DNA from: Chrysomallon squamiferum
Taxonomy: Eukaryota > Animalia > Mollusca
Reading direction: 5' to 3'
Assembly: GCA_012295275.1 (NCBI GenBank)
Contig: CM022670.1
Location: 37,634,001 to 37,698,000, forward strand
Length of the DNA stretch: 64,000 nt
Position 1 is the stretch's first letter. Each line of letters opens with the position of its first letter. The notes beneath the pieces were generated by a model. The model saw only the letters and a program-made list of their open reading frames with translations, made no database searches and had not been told where the DNA came from. This document shows, one piece after another, positions 1-13,482 of this stretch. The position numbers and the translations under genes were made by a program.

Positions 1-337
1 GTCACAGTTACACACGCCGTAGCTATGTTAAACAGTGGGAACCAAACCGGCATTCTAATTGTTTGAAAGGTCACAACGGTCGTGAAAAATAGACGAATGT
101 TGTTAAACGATACACCTGATGAAGATTTCTAAAAGTAGCTAGAAAACATAGGCAGGGCTAATAAAAACAGAAAATATCCACAAATGTTATCGCGTGTGGT
201 GAAAGTGTCGGCATACCGCGTTTCCTTAAATAGAAAATTAACTTGAACAGTAGTTATCGTGATCAGAGCCAGAGGGAAAGGGGTTAAACAGGTCACATGA
301 ACTTTTAATCCATTTATAAAAGGTCCCGTGAATGGAG

Positions 338-339
<2 letters not shown>

Positions 340-414
<75 letters not shown>
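340..414. repeat. (GA)n microsatellite
   Basis: Uninterrupted agagag... run; it explains the SLSLSL ORF 129..437. Confidence 0.95.
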
Positions 415-419
<5 letters not shown>

Positions 420-530
420 GTTAAATAACAGCATCATTATCAGGCTTTGAAAAATGAGTGTTGTTATTTGCAGTGTGGAATTTTGATGCGTTTATTTTCT
501 GGTTTTCTTAAAAATAGTATCTGTTGATAT

Positions 531-770
531 TATGCTATTCTTCAATACAACACAACAAAAACAAAAACAAAATGGAAATGTCTTTAACAGAGCAACAATA
601 ACAGTATTTGTTTATAATTATGTTATTCTTCACAACAAAAATCAAAAACAAAATGGAAATGTATTTAACATCGAACAGTAATAGTTTTTGTTTGCAATTA
701 TGCTATTCTTCAACACAAGACAACAAAAACAAAAACAACATGACAATGCCTTTAACATCGCACAACACAT
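531..770. repeat. Degenerate tandem triplication, ~80-88 bp unit
   Basis: Three copies of tatg(c/t)tattcttca...acaacaaaaa..aaaaacaa.atg..aatg..tttaaca starting near 531, 618 and 698. Confidence 0.7.
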
Positions 771-1486
771 TCAGTTTAGTAAACAATTACTTCAGTCATT
801 TTTGCTGTATTTGGACCAGTTACCAAAGCATTGCGAATAAAAGAGTACATTACTTCTTTAACCTAACAGCACTTCCAACGCGATATTTTGTTGACCTACA
901 TTCAAAATTGATAACACATTTCACAACTCTTACTGTCTTTCTTTCTTTTTTCTTTTTTTTTTTTTTTCTATCTCTCATTGATTACCAGTAATAAATGTAA
1001 AATAATTAAAAATAAATAAATAAATATAAGGTCCACAAATTCAGTGAATATTATATTTTTTTATAATGCAGTTTTTCTTGCCTGAAGGGTGTTTCTTATA
1101 TTTTCTTCTTATTTTAATTTATCTGTTCTTTAAACAAAAAATGTAGATGTTTGTAAACCAAAGGAAACTGCACAAGTTAAATTTATAATTACGCTGAATG
1201 TAAATATTATAAACAAACAATAGTTGAAAAAGTTTGAAGCCAAAGCCTCAGTCCAATATGACTTTTTGATACCAGTAACGAAAACTAACTTTCCAGAAAA
1301 TTTTAAACATAATGTAATTAAAATAATCTTTATCAGAAAGTACATTTGATTTATCGTAAATGAATTTGATTCACACGCACGGAAAGCACGCAGACACACA
1401 CAAAATAAGTTTGTGATCTCACTGATAGGGTTATATAAATTGTTCCATTTACAAACAACAAATTAATAAAATAAAATAAAATTAAA

Positions 1487-1530
<44 letters not shown>

Positions 1531-1947
1531 TAATAAATAACATGCAGACAGTAAATCGGGAAGATCGTGTGTGTGTGTGTGTTGAGTACTTGATTATTTT
1601 AATGGTGAATCCATATATTTGTATCTATGATTTTATTTCTACTACTGAATATTTTATTATTAATTATTATTGTTCTGTTTTAAATATTGCTGATCGATAT
1701 TGCTTCATAATGATAATCTAAAAAGTAACCCGCTTCCTGCATGACAAAGATTACCGGTGAACTTTCATTAATAACAGCATAGCTGGTTTCTGAACAGCCT
1801 CGATATTGCAGTTTACTGAACGACTGACAGTATTCAGGAACTAATGAGGGTGATGGATATTTAAGGCCAGAACGGACAAACTCCTTTCTGACTAAATCCT
1901 GATGATACAAGACTTGCTTGAATAATATAAACTGAATCTTGATTTAA

Positions 1948-2001
<54 letters not shown>
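1948..2001. repeat. (TAA)n microsatellite
   Basis: Perfect taa run upstream of PRPF38A. Confidence 0.9.
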
Positions 2002-2005
<4 letters not shown>

Positions 2006-2211
2006 CATTAAATAGTTAAAAACTAAATTAATCATACTCACAGACTGAAATATCAAACGAATAAATACATACACACATACACATATACATTATTATTATT
2101 ATTATTATTATTATTTTTGTTGCTGTTCTGTTGTTGTTATTTTGTTTGTTTGTTGTTTTGTTTTTTGCCAGTCGTTCTGTTAAAGGAGGAATTTAATTCC
2201 ACTAACTAACA

Positions 2212-2456
2212 ATGGCGAACCGTACAGTGAAAGATGCCCATTCTGTTAAAGGAACAAATCCTCAGTATTTAGTTGAGAAAATTATCCGAACACGAATTTA
2301 TGAATGCAGATATTGGAAAGAAGAATGCTTTGCTCTCACAGGTAATTTCGATGCACTATAGATAAATGTTCCGTTAGCGGTCCGATAAATTTACATATAA
2401 CTTTGTGTTGTCGTTAGTTTCCTTTTGTCGTTTTTGGAATTTAAATCATTGTTTAT

Positions 2457-2552
<96 letters not shown>

Positions 2553-5500
2553 TCACATAAATATATATATATATATAAACAACTTTTATATCATTATATG
2601 TATTCATGTATAAAACAGATTATTATTTACCACAGTTTAATTTAAGTATTCATGGTTTGTTTTGTTTAGCAAGCTATTTTCATAAATTATTCTTTTGGTT
2701 GTATTAGAGAAAACGTTAAATGTAACATTGTATTGTGAATATTAAAAATATATATAATATATTACTTGTTTATTTTCAGCTGCCTTGTTGGTGGACAAGG
2801 CCATGGAATTAAAATATATTGGTGGAATTTATGGAGGAAATATCAAGCCAACACCATTTTTATGTTTGATTCTGAAAATGCTGCAAATTCAGCCAGAGAA
2901 AGATATAATTGTAGAGTTCATAAGAAATGAAGACTTTAAGTGTGTTTAATTTTTTCTTTCCTTTTTATTTTATTCCCAGCAAAGTTGTTTGATGTTATTG
3001 GAGATCCAATTATCAAAATATGAAAATAACAGATGTGCATGCACATCACAGCATTCTATTAAATGTCGTAAATAGCAGTTACCTACAGTTAACAAGACAT
3101 TTTGTATGCATTGTCAGCAACCTTTTGATGTGTTAAGTTACAACTTATAGGCTTTGATATTCTTATTAATTGGTAAAATGTCACTCAAAACAATTTTGAA
3201 TATTTATTATTACTTTTTCTTATTCAGATTGGCTCATGTTGTGTTTATGTGTGTGTGTGTGTGTGTCATGTTGTGCTTATCCATGTATGTGTGTTTATAT
3301 TAAGTTTTTTTTTTTTTCAGATATGTCAGAGCTCTGGGTGCAGTTTACATGCGCTTGGTGGGAACATCATTAGATTGCTACAAATATTTGGAACCACTTT
3401 ATTATGATTACAGGAAGCTGCGAAGAATGAACAGAAATGGTGGTATGTTTTTTATTTTTATTAAATATATTTATATATATATATATATATACATATATAA
3501 ATTCTACCATGTGAATTTAATCTGTGAGTAGTGGAATTTTTTTTTTTTTTTTTTTTTAAATTGATGAAATTTAAGGCATGCAAATGTTACATTAGCTAAA
3601 AACACTTTATTTTAAATTGGACAATCATTAGAAATATGTTCACATGTCCTTAAAGATATATTAGTGTATTTAATAATGGAATTATTATTTTAAAAAATGA
3701 TGCCATATTATATGCATTGTTGCAGATTTCATTGTATATTTGATCACTGTTGTTCTTTTTGTTCAGAGTTTGAAGTTCTACATATGGATGAGTTTATTGA
3801 TGAATTACTAAGACAAGAAAGAATATGTGACATCATTTTACCAAGAGTGCAGGTTATTGTAGACATGTTTTTTTTGTTTTTTTTTTTAATGTTTTACAGA
3901 AGTAAATAATTAACTGAATTGTACAAATAAAGCGTGAGAAACAAAATTAAAATGAGGTTGCTTGCATCTGTTAAAAGTATCTGATTTAATCTTTTCCTGA
4001 AGCCCTAATTGTAAATATTGAAATAATTAAATGTATCTGTCTGAATGTTATATAAAAACTTTATCATGTTATATTCATACTGATTCAAATTCCATTTTCA
4101 TCCAGAAACAAAATAACTGTCAAATATAAATAATAATAATAATTATAATTATAATTAATAATAATAATAGTAATAATAGTAGTAATAATAATAATAATAA
4201 TAATAGATGTTTATTCAACTTCAATTTCAACTAGTAAGATATCCCAAACCTTGATTATAGGCATTAATTTAGAAGGTAATATTGTGAAAACAGAAATTGC
4301 CATTTTTTCACTTCTAATTGTTAATTGTTTTTAAAATTGCAATATTTGTGTTAAAGACATTATAATTAGCTATATTTATTTTTAATTAATTATTATAAAT
4401 GTTACTTTTGACAGTCTTACTTCATCATTAAATGTCAAACATTATGTTCGCGTAAACTGTAATTCAGCAAAACAATTTACAATGATTCAGACAAAAGATT
4501 TACAATGATTTAATCTGTTGCTTTAGAAACGCTGTGTTTTGGAGGAGAACAACCAGCTTGAGGCGAGAGTGAGTGCTGTGGAAGAAGATCTTGAGGAAAT
4601 GGAGACAGACGATGAGGAAGAACTTGTCAGAGTGAGTGACTGCTTCATGGCTGTGTCTCAGCATTCATTTTCAAGTGTACCACTATGAAGTATAAATATA
4701 AATATATTTACAAAATTTAAAATAACAAACCTGTTGGTATCAGAAAATAAACTTCCAAAAGAAAGAAAAGTGCCAACCTTTTATCTTGTATTATAATTAC
4801 AATTTATTATTAACGTAAAACCTTGACTTGTAGGGAGGCACACATAATAATACATAGTCTGTTTGCTTTAACTTTAATACAACTGTAAACATTCAATGGT
4901 TTGTTTTCTAAGGAGATCGTAAAATCCCTTATTTACAACTTAATATCATAATAACTGAAAACATTAAAAAAATTGTTGATAGCAGAAAATGTTTAATTTA
5001 CAATTATTAAACATATATAAATTTGTTTTCAAATGCAGGATAACAAGTGCTTATTTAGATATTTTAGGAACACAATCTGATAAATTATATTCTTATTTAA
5101 TCATGTTCAGGATTCTCGAAGAAGTCCAACTCCAGAAAAACCACTACGGTACAGAGATATGGATAAAGTAATTAGAAGTCCCTCACCTAGATTTAGAAGA
5201 AGTCGTTCAAGATCTCCACACAGGAGGTATAATTTTACAATAAAGATATTTGATGTTTGTTGACTTTACAATAAGGATACTTAATGTTTGTTAATAAAGT
5301 ATCAATTAGACAATGAGATATCAATGTCATACCTACAGTTATCATTATTATAATAGAATTGTTCATTGTAAAGGTTATTTTTTATTTTTTTTTATTTTTT
5401 TACCATGGACTCAACAGATGCAATATCTGAACATTTGCCACATTAATTTGGACTTGTTTCAGTAATCTTCTATAAGAGAAGCATTCGTGGTCATTTTGAT

Positions 5501-6465
5501 TTAAAATTTTAACGATTATTTGATTAATTTCAATTCACAATTACTACACTTATGATGGCTTTCATGCATTAAAGTATTTTTTTTTAAAAATAATTAAAAA
5601 ATAATTTGATGATTATTTTATTTTGCAGGGATAGAGATGATAGACGACACGACAGAGACAAAGACAGACATCGTCACCGATCACCAGGTACATCACAATT
5701 ATTTTAAACTTTTGTCTGGCACCACACTTTAAGTTTGCAGTCCTGAAAGGGTCAAAACTTTATGGCTTAAAAAAACAAAAAAAACATTTAGTACTTAATT
5801 TCTCCAGTCGTTTAAACCAATACTTGTCTAAAACACATACGCTTTCTTGACAGTGTATTTTAAAAATGACTGCTGTTTAAATTAGAATAATTCATTTCAG
5901 TGTATTTGTATTTGTACGTATCTTTGCAGGAAAGAAACACAGAGATGAAGATGACAGGTTGGTATTTTAATCTTACTCAGCTGATTGATATTGGTTTAAA
6001 AAAAAAAAAAAAAAAAAAATAATGTTAAATGTGCTTATTTTCAAAACATCCGTTTTAAACCTGCTCGTGTTATCACTCATCTGATACAAGTTTGAGATTG
6101 TCATTTATCAACAGAATATGTATAGATAAAGACATTTCAAAGATGCAGACCTTTGCCTTAATTGTTAATAAACAAGCATCTACTGTTAAAATACATATTT
6201 TTAATTTGGTTTATTTTTGCTAACATTCAACTGAACGATTTAATTGTTAAATTCTTTTAGAAGACACAAAACAAAAAAGAACAAAAGGGACAGAAAAGAA
6301 GACGACCATCGCAGCAGTCACAAGCACAGACACGAGAGAGACAGACATCATCACAAAGATCGTAGAGATCGCGATGAGAAAGATCGCAGAAGTCGAGAAA
6401 ACCCTGACATCAGAGAAGCTAATGAACTCCGTGCTAGACTTGGCATGGCACCCCTCAGACCATGA
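2212..6465 (+). CDS. PRPF38A: Pre-mRNA splicing factor 38A (Prp38), 9 coding exons, ~336 aa
   Basis: Exons 2212-2341, 2780-2939, 3321-3442, 3767-3852, 4527-4631, 5111-5226, 5629-5687, 5930-5957, 6261-6465; all introns GT-AG, phases consistent, total 1011 nt. Translation MANRTVKDAHSVKGTNPQYLVEKIIRTRIYECRYWKEECFALTA...GGNIKPTPFLCLILKMLQIQPEKDIIVEFI...DFKYVRALGAVYMRLVG is the PRP38 domain, followed by an acidic stretch and an RS/RD-rich tail ending EANELRARLGMAPLRP. Confidence 0.97.
2461..2547. repeat. (TC)n microsatellite in PRPF38A intron 1
   Basis: Perfect tctctc run. Confidence 0.95.
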
Positions 6466-8180
6466 AAACATCATTTATCATCATCCATGTTCGTTTTTTT
6501 TCATTTGAACGTTTGTTGTGAAATAGCAACTAAAACAAAGGTGAAAGCAACAGGAAAATAATGAGGCAAAACATTGAGTTTAGTGTCTTAACATCTATTG
6601 TCTGAAGTGACATTGAGTCATGCATTTCATTTCAGACATTAAAAGACTTTGGTAGAAAATGATGCAGTTACACCAGTTTTATTTTTAACTTTAAAAAAAA
6701 AAAAATCTAAAAATTGTCAGTTGCTTGAAGTTGTTATACATTAAATGAAACTTCATACTTCATGCTGTTGAATTATTTATTGTTGATTATATATATCTAT
6801 TATGTATAAACAAACAGCTTAAATATATTTTGTATACTTTTATACAACTTTCATATTAATAAAGATTAACATGGATGCATCCATGCTCCTATTTTTGTAA
6901 CATGATATTGTACCAAAAAAAGACAAATCCTGATAAACTGAGGCAGTCTCATCTTTCAAGTAATTTACTGGGAGTTTTTACATTTCTACAAAAGAGTGGT
7001 AATAAAAACTTCTGTGTCTTTCCAGGCTTGTAATTTTCCCAAGTTATCAACAGCAGTTAAAACAATCATAGGGAACCACATTAAAAAGAATTTAGATTGT
7101 ATCACACACTGGTGAAAGGTTAACTCTAGAGTTAGTTTTGTCAAATTTAGGTATTTAAAACAAATGCACACTCTCATGGGACAGTTATGAAATACACTGG
7201 GTTGTTAAGAGTTTGACATTTTTTTTTTTTTTAGGTGCATCTGGAACTAGTTTTGTGAAAGGGTGAGTATCTTGGTTAATGGTCAGGGTAGAAGAAAAGT
7301 TAACTCATTTTTTTGTTGGATAGGGCATCAGGGATGTTTGTGTTTCTTAGAGATTGTCATATAGTATTTTAATAAGTAACAGTGTGCCATGCTGAATTTT
7401 GTGTTATGATTAAAAGATGCTTGAAGTATCTATAAGCACCATTTTGTTTTCCAAATAAAAATATGTGCTACAGACATTCAGTACTCTCGAAAGCACTGGC
7501 AAGTATTGGTGAAAACTCAAGAGTCTGAATAACTTTTGTATAAAGCATATCATTTAAAATTAAAAAATGTTAAAAAACCACCCTTCCTGAGACCTAAAAT
7601 AAAAAACACATTTCACCACAAAAAAGAAAATGCACAATATTTTAATATATATTTTAATTTGAAATAATTGCACATATATTTATAAAAAAAAACTTTTTCT
7701 TAATGCAAGCATTTACACATGTGTCTGCCTTAGCAACACTGTAGCAAAGAAAATACAAGAAGTTGACTTTGGAAGTCCAAAAGTTTTTGTTTTTTCATAA
7801 AACACAGACTTTTATATAAAAGTCAGAGTTAAATGACTAGTAAAAATATCAAAAATACTATAATGCTGATGAATTTAATTAAAATTAAATACATTAAATA
7901 AGCAAAATGATACAAAATACAGACATACCAAAAATATATATTTTATAGAGTTTGTCTTGAAAGTATCTTGTCACTTAATTATCTTCATTCTCAGTGTCAG
8001 TGTCTCAAGACAATCACGAATTTTGCAGATCAGTTTCTTAATTCATGATTACAAATGCACATGCAAGGAAACAACATCCAAAATAACAATATATTTTTTC
8101 TAAATAACATGCAAAGTAACTTAGTTTTGCGAAGAATACATGTAAATTGTTATCATGAAATACATTTGCAGATGTCTGTT

Positions 8181-8606
8181 TTACTGACTGCTTTCCATCA
8201 TCTCAGTTTCTGTATTGAACATTTTTTGATGAAGTTGATTCATCTTGTCATCGTCAGACATACTTGACTGGCTTTCCTGCGAGCTGGGTATTTCTAAATC
8301 TTGGTATACACTTTCTTCTGTGCAACTTGTTTCTAAATACAAATCTATATCTCCACAGAGATCCTTCCTTTCCACTTTGCACAAAAGCTGCTTCAGAAGA
8401 CTGAAGTTAAATTTTGTTACAAGTCTGTTTTTATACATGTATGTCAACATATCTGATGCTGATGTTAAGTCATCAGCATATTTTAATTTAATGTTACCAT
8501 TTGATACTAAACCCAGCTTCATCGTAGAAAACTCATCATGTGTCAAGTGGATTGCAATATCCATCAGGAGTTCAGCAAATGGTGTCAGACTTTCACTTGG
8601 TTCCAT
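8181..8606 (-). CDS. Small protein with a single death effector domain (DED), 141 aa, one coding exon
   Basis: ORF reads FAELLMDIAIHLTHDEFSTMK...SASDMLTYMYKNRLVTKFNFSLLKQLLCKVERKDLCGDIDLY: the DED helical pattern with an acidic residue in helix 2 and the RxDL motif (RKDL). On the - strand a ttttcag acceptor lies at 8629-8635, 22 nt upstream of the ATG. In-frame TAG TGA between acceptor and ATG show this ATG is the start and that upstream exons are non-coding. Confidence 0.8.
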   Translation of the reverse strand: MEPSESLTPFAELLMDIAIHLTHDEFSTMKLGLVSNGNIKLKYADDLTSASDMLTYMYKNRLVTKFNFSLLKQLLCKVERKDLCGDIDLYLETSCTEESVYQDLEIPSSQESQSSMSDDDKMNQLHQKMFNTETEMMESSQ

Positions 8607-8832
8607 TGAGCCAAAGTGGAATCACTATCTGAAAATTGATATATGTACACTTTAATGAAAAATAAGCAATGATTATTCAAAATATCATTTACTGACAGTC
8701 AAAATAGAAAATGTATGCAATAATATAAGGGTAAAAAATAAAATGATGAGTCATACCCAACTACCCAGTATTGTAAAAAGACAACAAATAAATACAGTAC
8801 ATATATATTAAAGTTTATGGTGGATTGTTTGT

Positions 8833-8879
<47 letters not shown>

Positions 8880-10220
8880 TAATTGTTGTTGTTCTTCTTC
8901 CAAAGGTTCACACAGCACCATATAGTCATTAGCTAAATAAAATGTGCATCTCATATTGTAAATTATTAATCATTTAATTACTGAACTGTTGCTTTCATTA
9001 TATATAACTTTGGTGAGATATGGAAAAAATTGGCACTAAGCAAATTTGGAAAGAATGGCACCTAAAAAAACTGTTATGTCTTATTGACATTTAGTTATTA
9101 GTAGTAGGTGAAGGCCTGCTTACAAAAACAATTCGTAACTGCACATAAAAAAAAATCTATAAAAAAACCAGTGCATGAATAATATTTGAGTTAATGATTT
9201 AATGTCAGAAATAATATAATCTGCAGCTAATATCATATTTAACAGTTGTTAACTGTTTGTAATTAAGGAGTCAATCAAAACAACCTCCCAAATACATACA
9301 TACATGCATCTCATGTTATGTTTGAATCATATTCTGAAGGATAATTTAAACTATGCTATGTGTATTAACATAGATATATGTATGAATGTGTATGCACACA
9401 CACACACACACACACACGGAAGTCCCTTGTTTGATTGTAACATAATCAATTAAGTCCTGCTTACAAAAAACAGTTCATAACTGCACCTCTGAAGGAGTGT
9501 TCAGTTATGCTGTGTATACTGTATTTTTAAATGTGATAATTCTAATTGTAATATTAAACTCCGATATAATACGGTACTTTAATTATTAAAATTAATATTA
9601 TATTAATATACTGCATCACTCAAATTACCAAGTGATGCTGTATATTAATAATTTACATGCATGTAGCAATATTGGATGAATAAATTGTATTTTCAAAACT
9701 ACTTTTAAAGCTTGTTTAAGCAAGTACACAGACAAAATACAGATAAGGTGCTATTTTTGCCAAGTGCTTTTCATTTCCCGATGCCATTTTTTCCAACACC
9801 CAACTTTGGCCTAATCATCGTTACCTATATATTTCATGGCATACTGCATAAGCAAAATATTTCTTTTGCCAAAACAGACACTTGCAAAAGACATTGCTTG
9901 CCTTAATATAAACTTTAGATAAACGTCATCTGAATCAAAGAAAAGCTAATGCCTCGCGAACTTTAAATTCCGTGCACCATTTATAACAAGTCACGTGCAG
10001 TCATAATTGTTTTGTTCACTCAAGTTCAATTATAAAAAGCAATGTGGAAAATAATTCGAATCCCAACCCAGTACTATAAGATAAAAGAATAGTCCTTTTC
10101 TGGGGGGTGGGGAATTCATCATCATCAGTATTATAATACGGATTATTGCACTTTATTTTATTATTATTTCTGTTTTACGAATTTTAATATGTTATATATT
10201 TTTTCGGTTTCTTTGAAATA

Positions 10221-11657
10221 TACTCTCCCAAAAAAGAAACGCAAAAGTTGATTTTATTGACACTGGGAATATCCATCTAATGGATCAACAGAAAGCAGCA
10301 GAATGTTCACATTTTACACAAACTTTCGCAATTCATTAATATTGATGGTATTACATTGAAAAGGTTAAAGTTCAAGGTTATAACAGTATAATATCAATAC
10401 CTTTTGTGCCCGCCATGGGAGTCCCGAACTGTCTGACATCTCCTTCCCATGGCAGTAATGACACTACGAATTACACCTTGTGGAATGATGACCCACTGTG
10501 TAGTAATAATGCCAACTGAGCACGATTCTGTGGCTGTGGTTGATGCTGCCTCAGTCGTCTATCCAACTCGTCCCATAAATGCTCTATAGGGTTCAAATAC
10601 GGAGATTTAGAGGGCCATGGCAGGACTTGAATGTTATTGTTGTGTAGGTACGCTGTTGTGAATCTGGCTGTATGTGGTCTCGCATTGTCGTGCTAGAATA
10701 CAGCGTTACCATTATTCATAATTGGAGCGACATGTGGCTGCAAAATTCCATCTCGGTACCTCTGTGCCGTTAAGTTGCCTTGGATGTGAACCAAGTTGGT
10801 CCTGCCGTTGTATGAGATTGCTGCTCACACCATCACACTACCACCGCCAAATCTGTCCGTTTCCTGTATGCAGTTTGCAGCAAAACGTTCACCACGACGT
10901 CTGTAAACTCGACATCTTCCATCAGCTCGACGAAGCAGAAATCGAGCCTCATCACTAAACCAGACAATTCTCCATCGTAACTGACACCACTGACGTCGTA
11001 GTCGACGATGTTGTTGAGTCAAAACCACTCTTCTTACAAGCCGTCTGGCTCGAATACCTGCCTCGCGTAAACGATTGCGCACTGTCTGAGCCGATATTCT
11101 ACGCAGAGCTGCTATTGCTGAAGCAGTAGAGGTAGCCGTGGTGGTTCTCGCCCGTGGATGAAGTACCCTGGGCCCTGGTGGTTTACACGTGGTCTACGTG
11201 ATCTGGGACGGTCACGTGTTGTTTGGTGTTGCTGGAACCGATACCACAATCTCAAGATGGTGCTTGGGGATACATGGCCGAGAAGGATTCGGCAGCTCGT
11301 TAACGGCCGATGGCGTTGTTTCGTTGCGGTTCACTCAGTCGTGGCCTTTGTTTGATGTTGGGTCAGAACAAAAATAACGAACAGAAGTTTTCGAAAACCT
11401 TGCATTTTTTTAACCCTCGTATTCAAGTTTCTTGTTACTCACATGCACATGCACTGGTAACGTGGTTTGCATGCGGGGACGTTTTGGCTAATAAACACGA
11501 TCATAGCCTTTATTTTGTGTTACCTGCTTTTTGGCGACTGTAACAAAAGCTATACGTTTAAATCACCAAATGTCATTATATTCATAGTTTGATATGTGTC
11601 AGTTTACAATAGTTATCTAACAAATCAACCATTTTGCGTTTCTTTTTTGGGAGAGTA
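10221..11657 (-). mobile_element. Tc1/mariner DNA transposon (Tc1 family, DD34E), full length, transposase decayed
   Basis: Perfect 26-bp TIRs tactctcccaaaaaagaaacgcaaaa (10221-10246) and ttttgcgtttcttttttgggagagta (11632-11657), flanked by TA at 10219-10220 and 11658-11659 (ends could be shifted by one TA); 1437 bp; internal transposase remnant. Confidence 0.95.
10394..11347 (-). pseudogene. Inactivated Tc1 transposase
   Basis: - strand reads (AGG in place of ATG)PRLSEPQRNNAIGR*RA...HVSPSTILRLWYRFQQ...DRPRSRRPRV...WRIVWFSDEARF...GGGSVMV*AAISYNGRTNLVHIQGNLTAQRYRDGIL...VF*HDNARPHTA...LPWPSKSPYLNPIEHLWDELDRRLR...GGHKRY*. There are 34 residues between the second D and E. At least three nonsense codons and several frameshifts. 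Confidence 0.93.
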
Positions 11658-12164
11658 TATTTGGTGATTAACTATAAAATATTTGACATTTTCTCCCGCT
11701 CACTTTAGAGAATTAAAATAACAAAATGTGGTTATTTAAACAATGTATCTGGTATGAAGCAGACATCAGATTTTTTTTTCTTTATTTTATTTCAGTTATA
11801 TTTCTTCGTTTAAAATGAAAATTGGGCTGTTTCGTTTCGTATTTATTCTTCATGATGAATTTGTATCATAAAGCGGGTGAATCAAACATGTCTGGGCACA
11901 GAAAAATTATAGTAAACATGATTTCCCGTTATTAATGACTGCCATTGAGGCAGTTGTCGATCAGATCTTATGTGTTTTTTATTTTAAGCATTATTATTTT
12001 AAAATTATAACTTTTTTAATGTGTGATAAATTAAATGTTGATAAGTTGATCAGTTTATAACTGATCATCTTTTACCATGAATTAAAACTACTTAATTAGC
12101 ATCAAGTTTTGGTGATATTTATCGCCAAAAGCATTACATGACTGTGTTTCAGTAAACAGATAGT

Positions 12165-12733
12165 ATGGCAGATGAATTATTTGCAAAACGGCTCCCTCTC
12201 CTCTTTAAATCGAATGACAGAGAAGACAGGTTTGTAGACATTTGTAATTTTAAAAAGTTTAATTTCTAAAGAGTATGTTTAAGAATGTATCATTCATCCG
12301 GAAACATCGTTGTACTGATACCCTTACAAGTATTTTGCTAATGTTGAGAAACATAGTTTTATAAACAGAGAAGGAAGGAACAACATAATAAAGATGAATA
12401 AATAATGTTCAATAATTTAATTAAAATATCGCAGTTTAATAATATTAATAATAAGAATAATCCACTATATACGGTTAAACATTTTTCTAGAATAACTTCA
12501 CGTCCAAAGGTTTTTTGATACCTGGCAGATTAATCTTACAGTGCATATAGGAAGTTTTTTAGTGATCAAAATTTAAACTGTCTGTACATTAGTCTTTTGT
12601 GACTTTATTTTAATATAATTTTTATTTTGAAGACGGGGATCTGTTTATCTTCGGATGGAAATTCAAACAGTGTCAGCACCCCTTCAAAGAAAAGTTAGTG
12701 GGTTTTTTTTATTATTATTTTATTAAGTTAATG

Positions 12734-12768
<35 letters not shown>

Positions 12769-13409
12769 TTTTTTACTCACTGACAGTTTGTTATAATCTT
12801 GTTTCAGTTTGCATGTATATAATTTTATAACTTTTCTTTTCTCCAAGATACTGTGAAGATATGTAGATGCATAATTATAAGCATCTAGTTATTTTTTTTT
12901 CATAAATATATTGTATATTTCATGCAGTTTTGTTTTTTATTACATTTTTCTTAAATTTTTGTTTTGTTTTGTTCTTAACTTCATTTATTTTATTTTATTT
13001 TATTATATTTATTTATTTATTTGTTGAGATTTTCTTTTTTCTTTTATTCTTTTGTTAATAAGTTCTTAATTTTAATTTAGACAAAGAGTAATTAATAAAC
13101 ATCTCCGTAAGTAAAAAAAAATAATAATTAAAAAAATTAAAGTAATTGAAAATAGTATGAAATTTGTAAATAGATTTATGCCAAACATTAAGTATTTAAC
13201 ATATCATCATCCATGTCTCTCCTTAATTATTAGATTGGATATATATATTTTATATGATTGTTCTTTTTTTTTTCTCTTCAGGAACTGGTTGTACGATTAA
13301 CAGATGAAAAGGATTTATTTTTCCTCTACAGCCTTAGACTTGGAGAAGAGGATTTTCAGACGTCAGTAACAATCAAATGTGATTTTAATGCTTAAATGGA
13401 TTATATTAC

Positions 13410-13482
<73 letters not shown>

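Noticed and set aside
1-330. CpG-richer stretch at the window start as the first exon or promoter of a divergent gene
   Set aside because: No ORF, clear splice site or homology that can be supported; truncated by the window edge.
8245-8655. 136-aa + strand ORF overlapping the DED gene
   Set aside because: Antisense shadow of the DED ORF; no recognisable motif.
10722-11543. + strand ORFs inside the Tc1 element
   Set aside because: Antisense to the transposase remnant, which explains the sequence.
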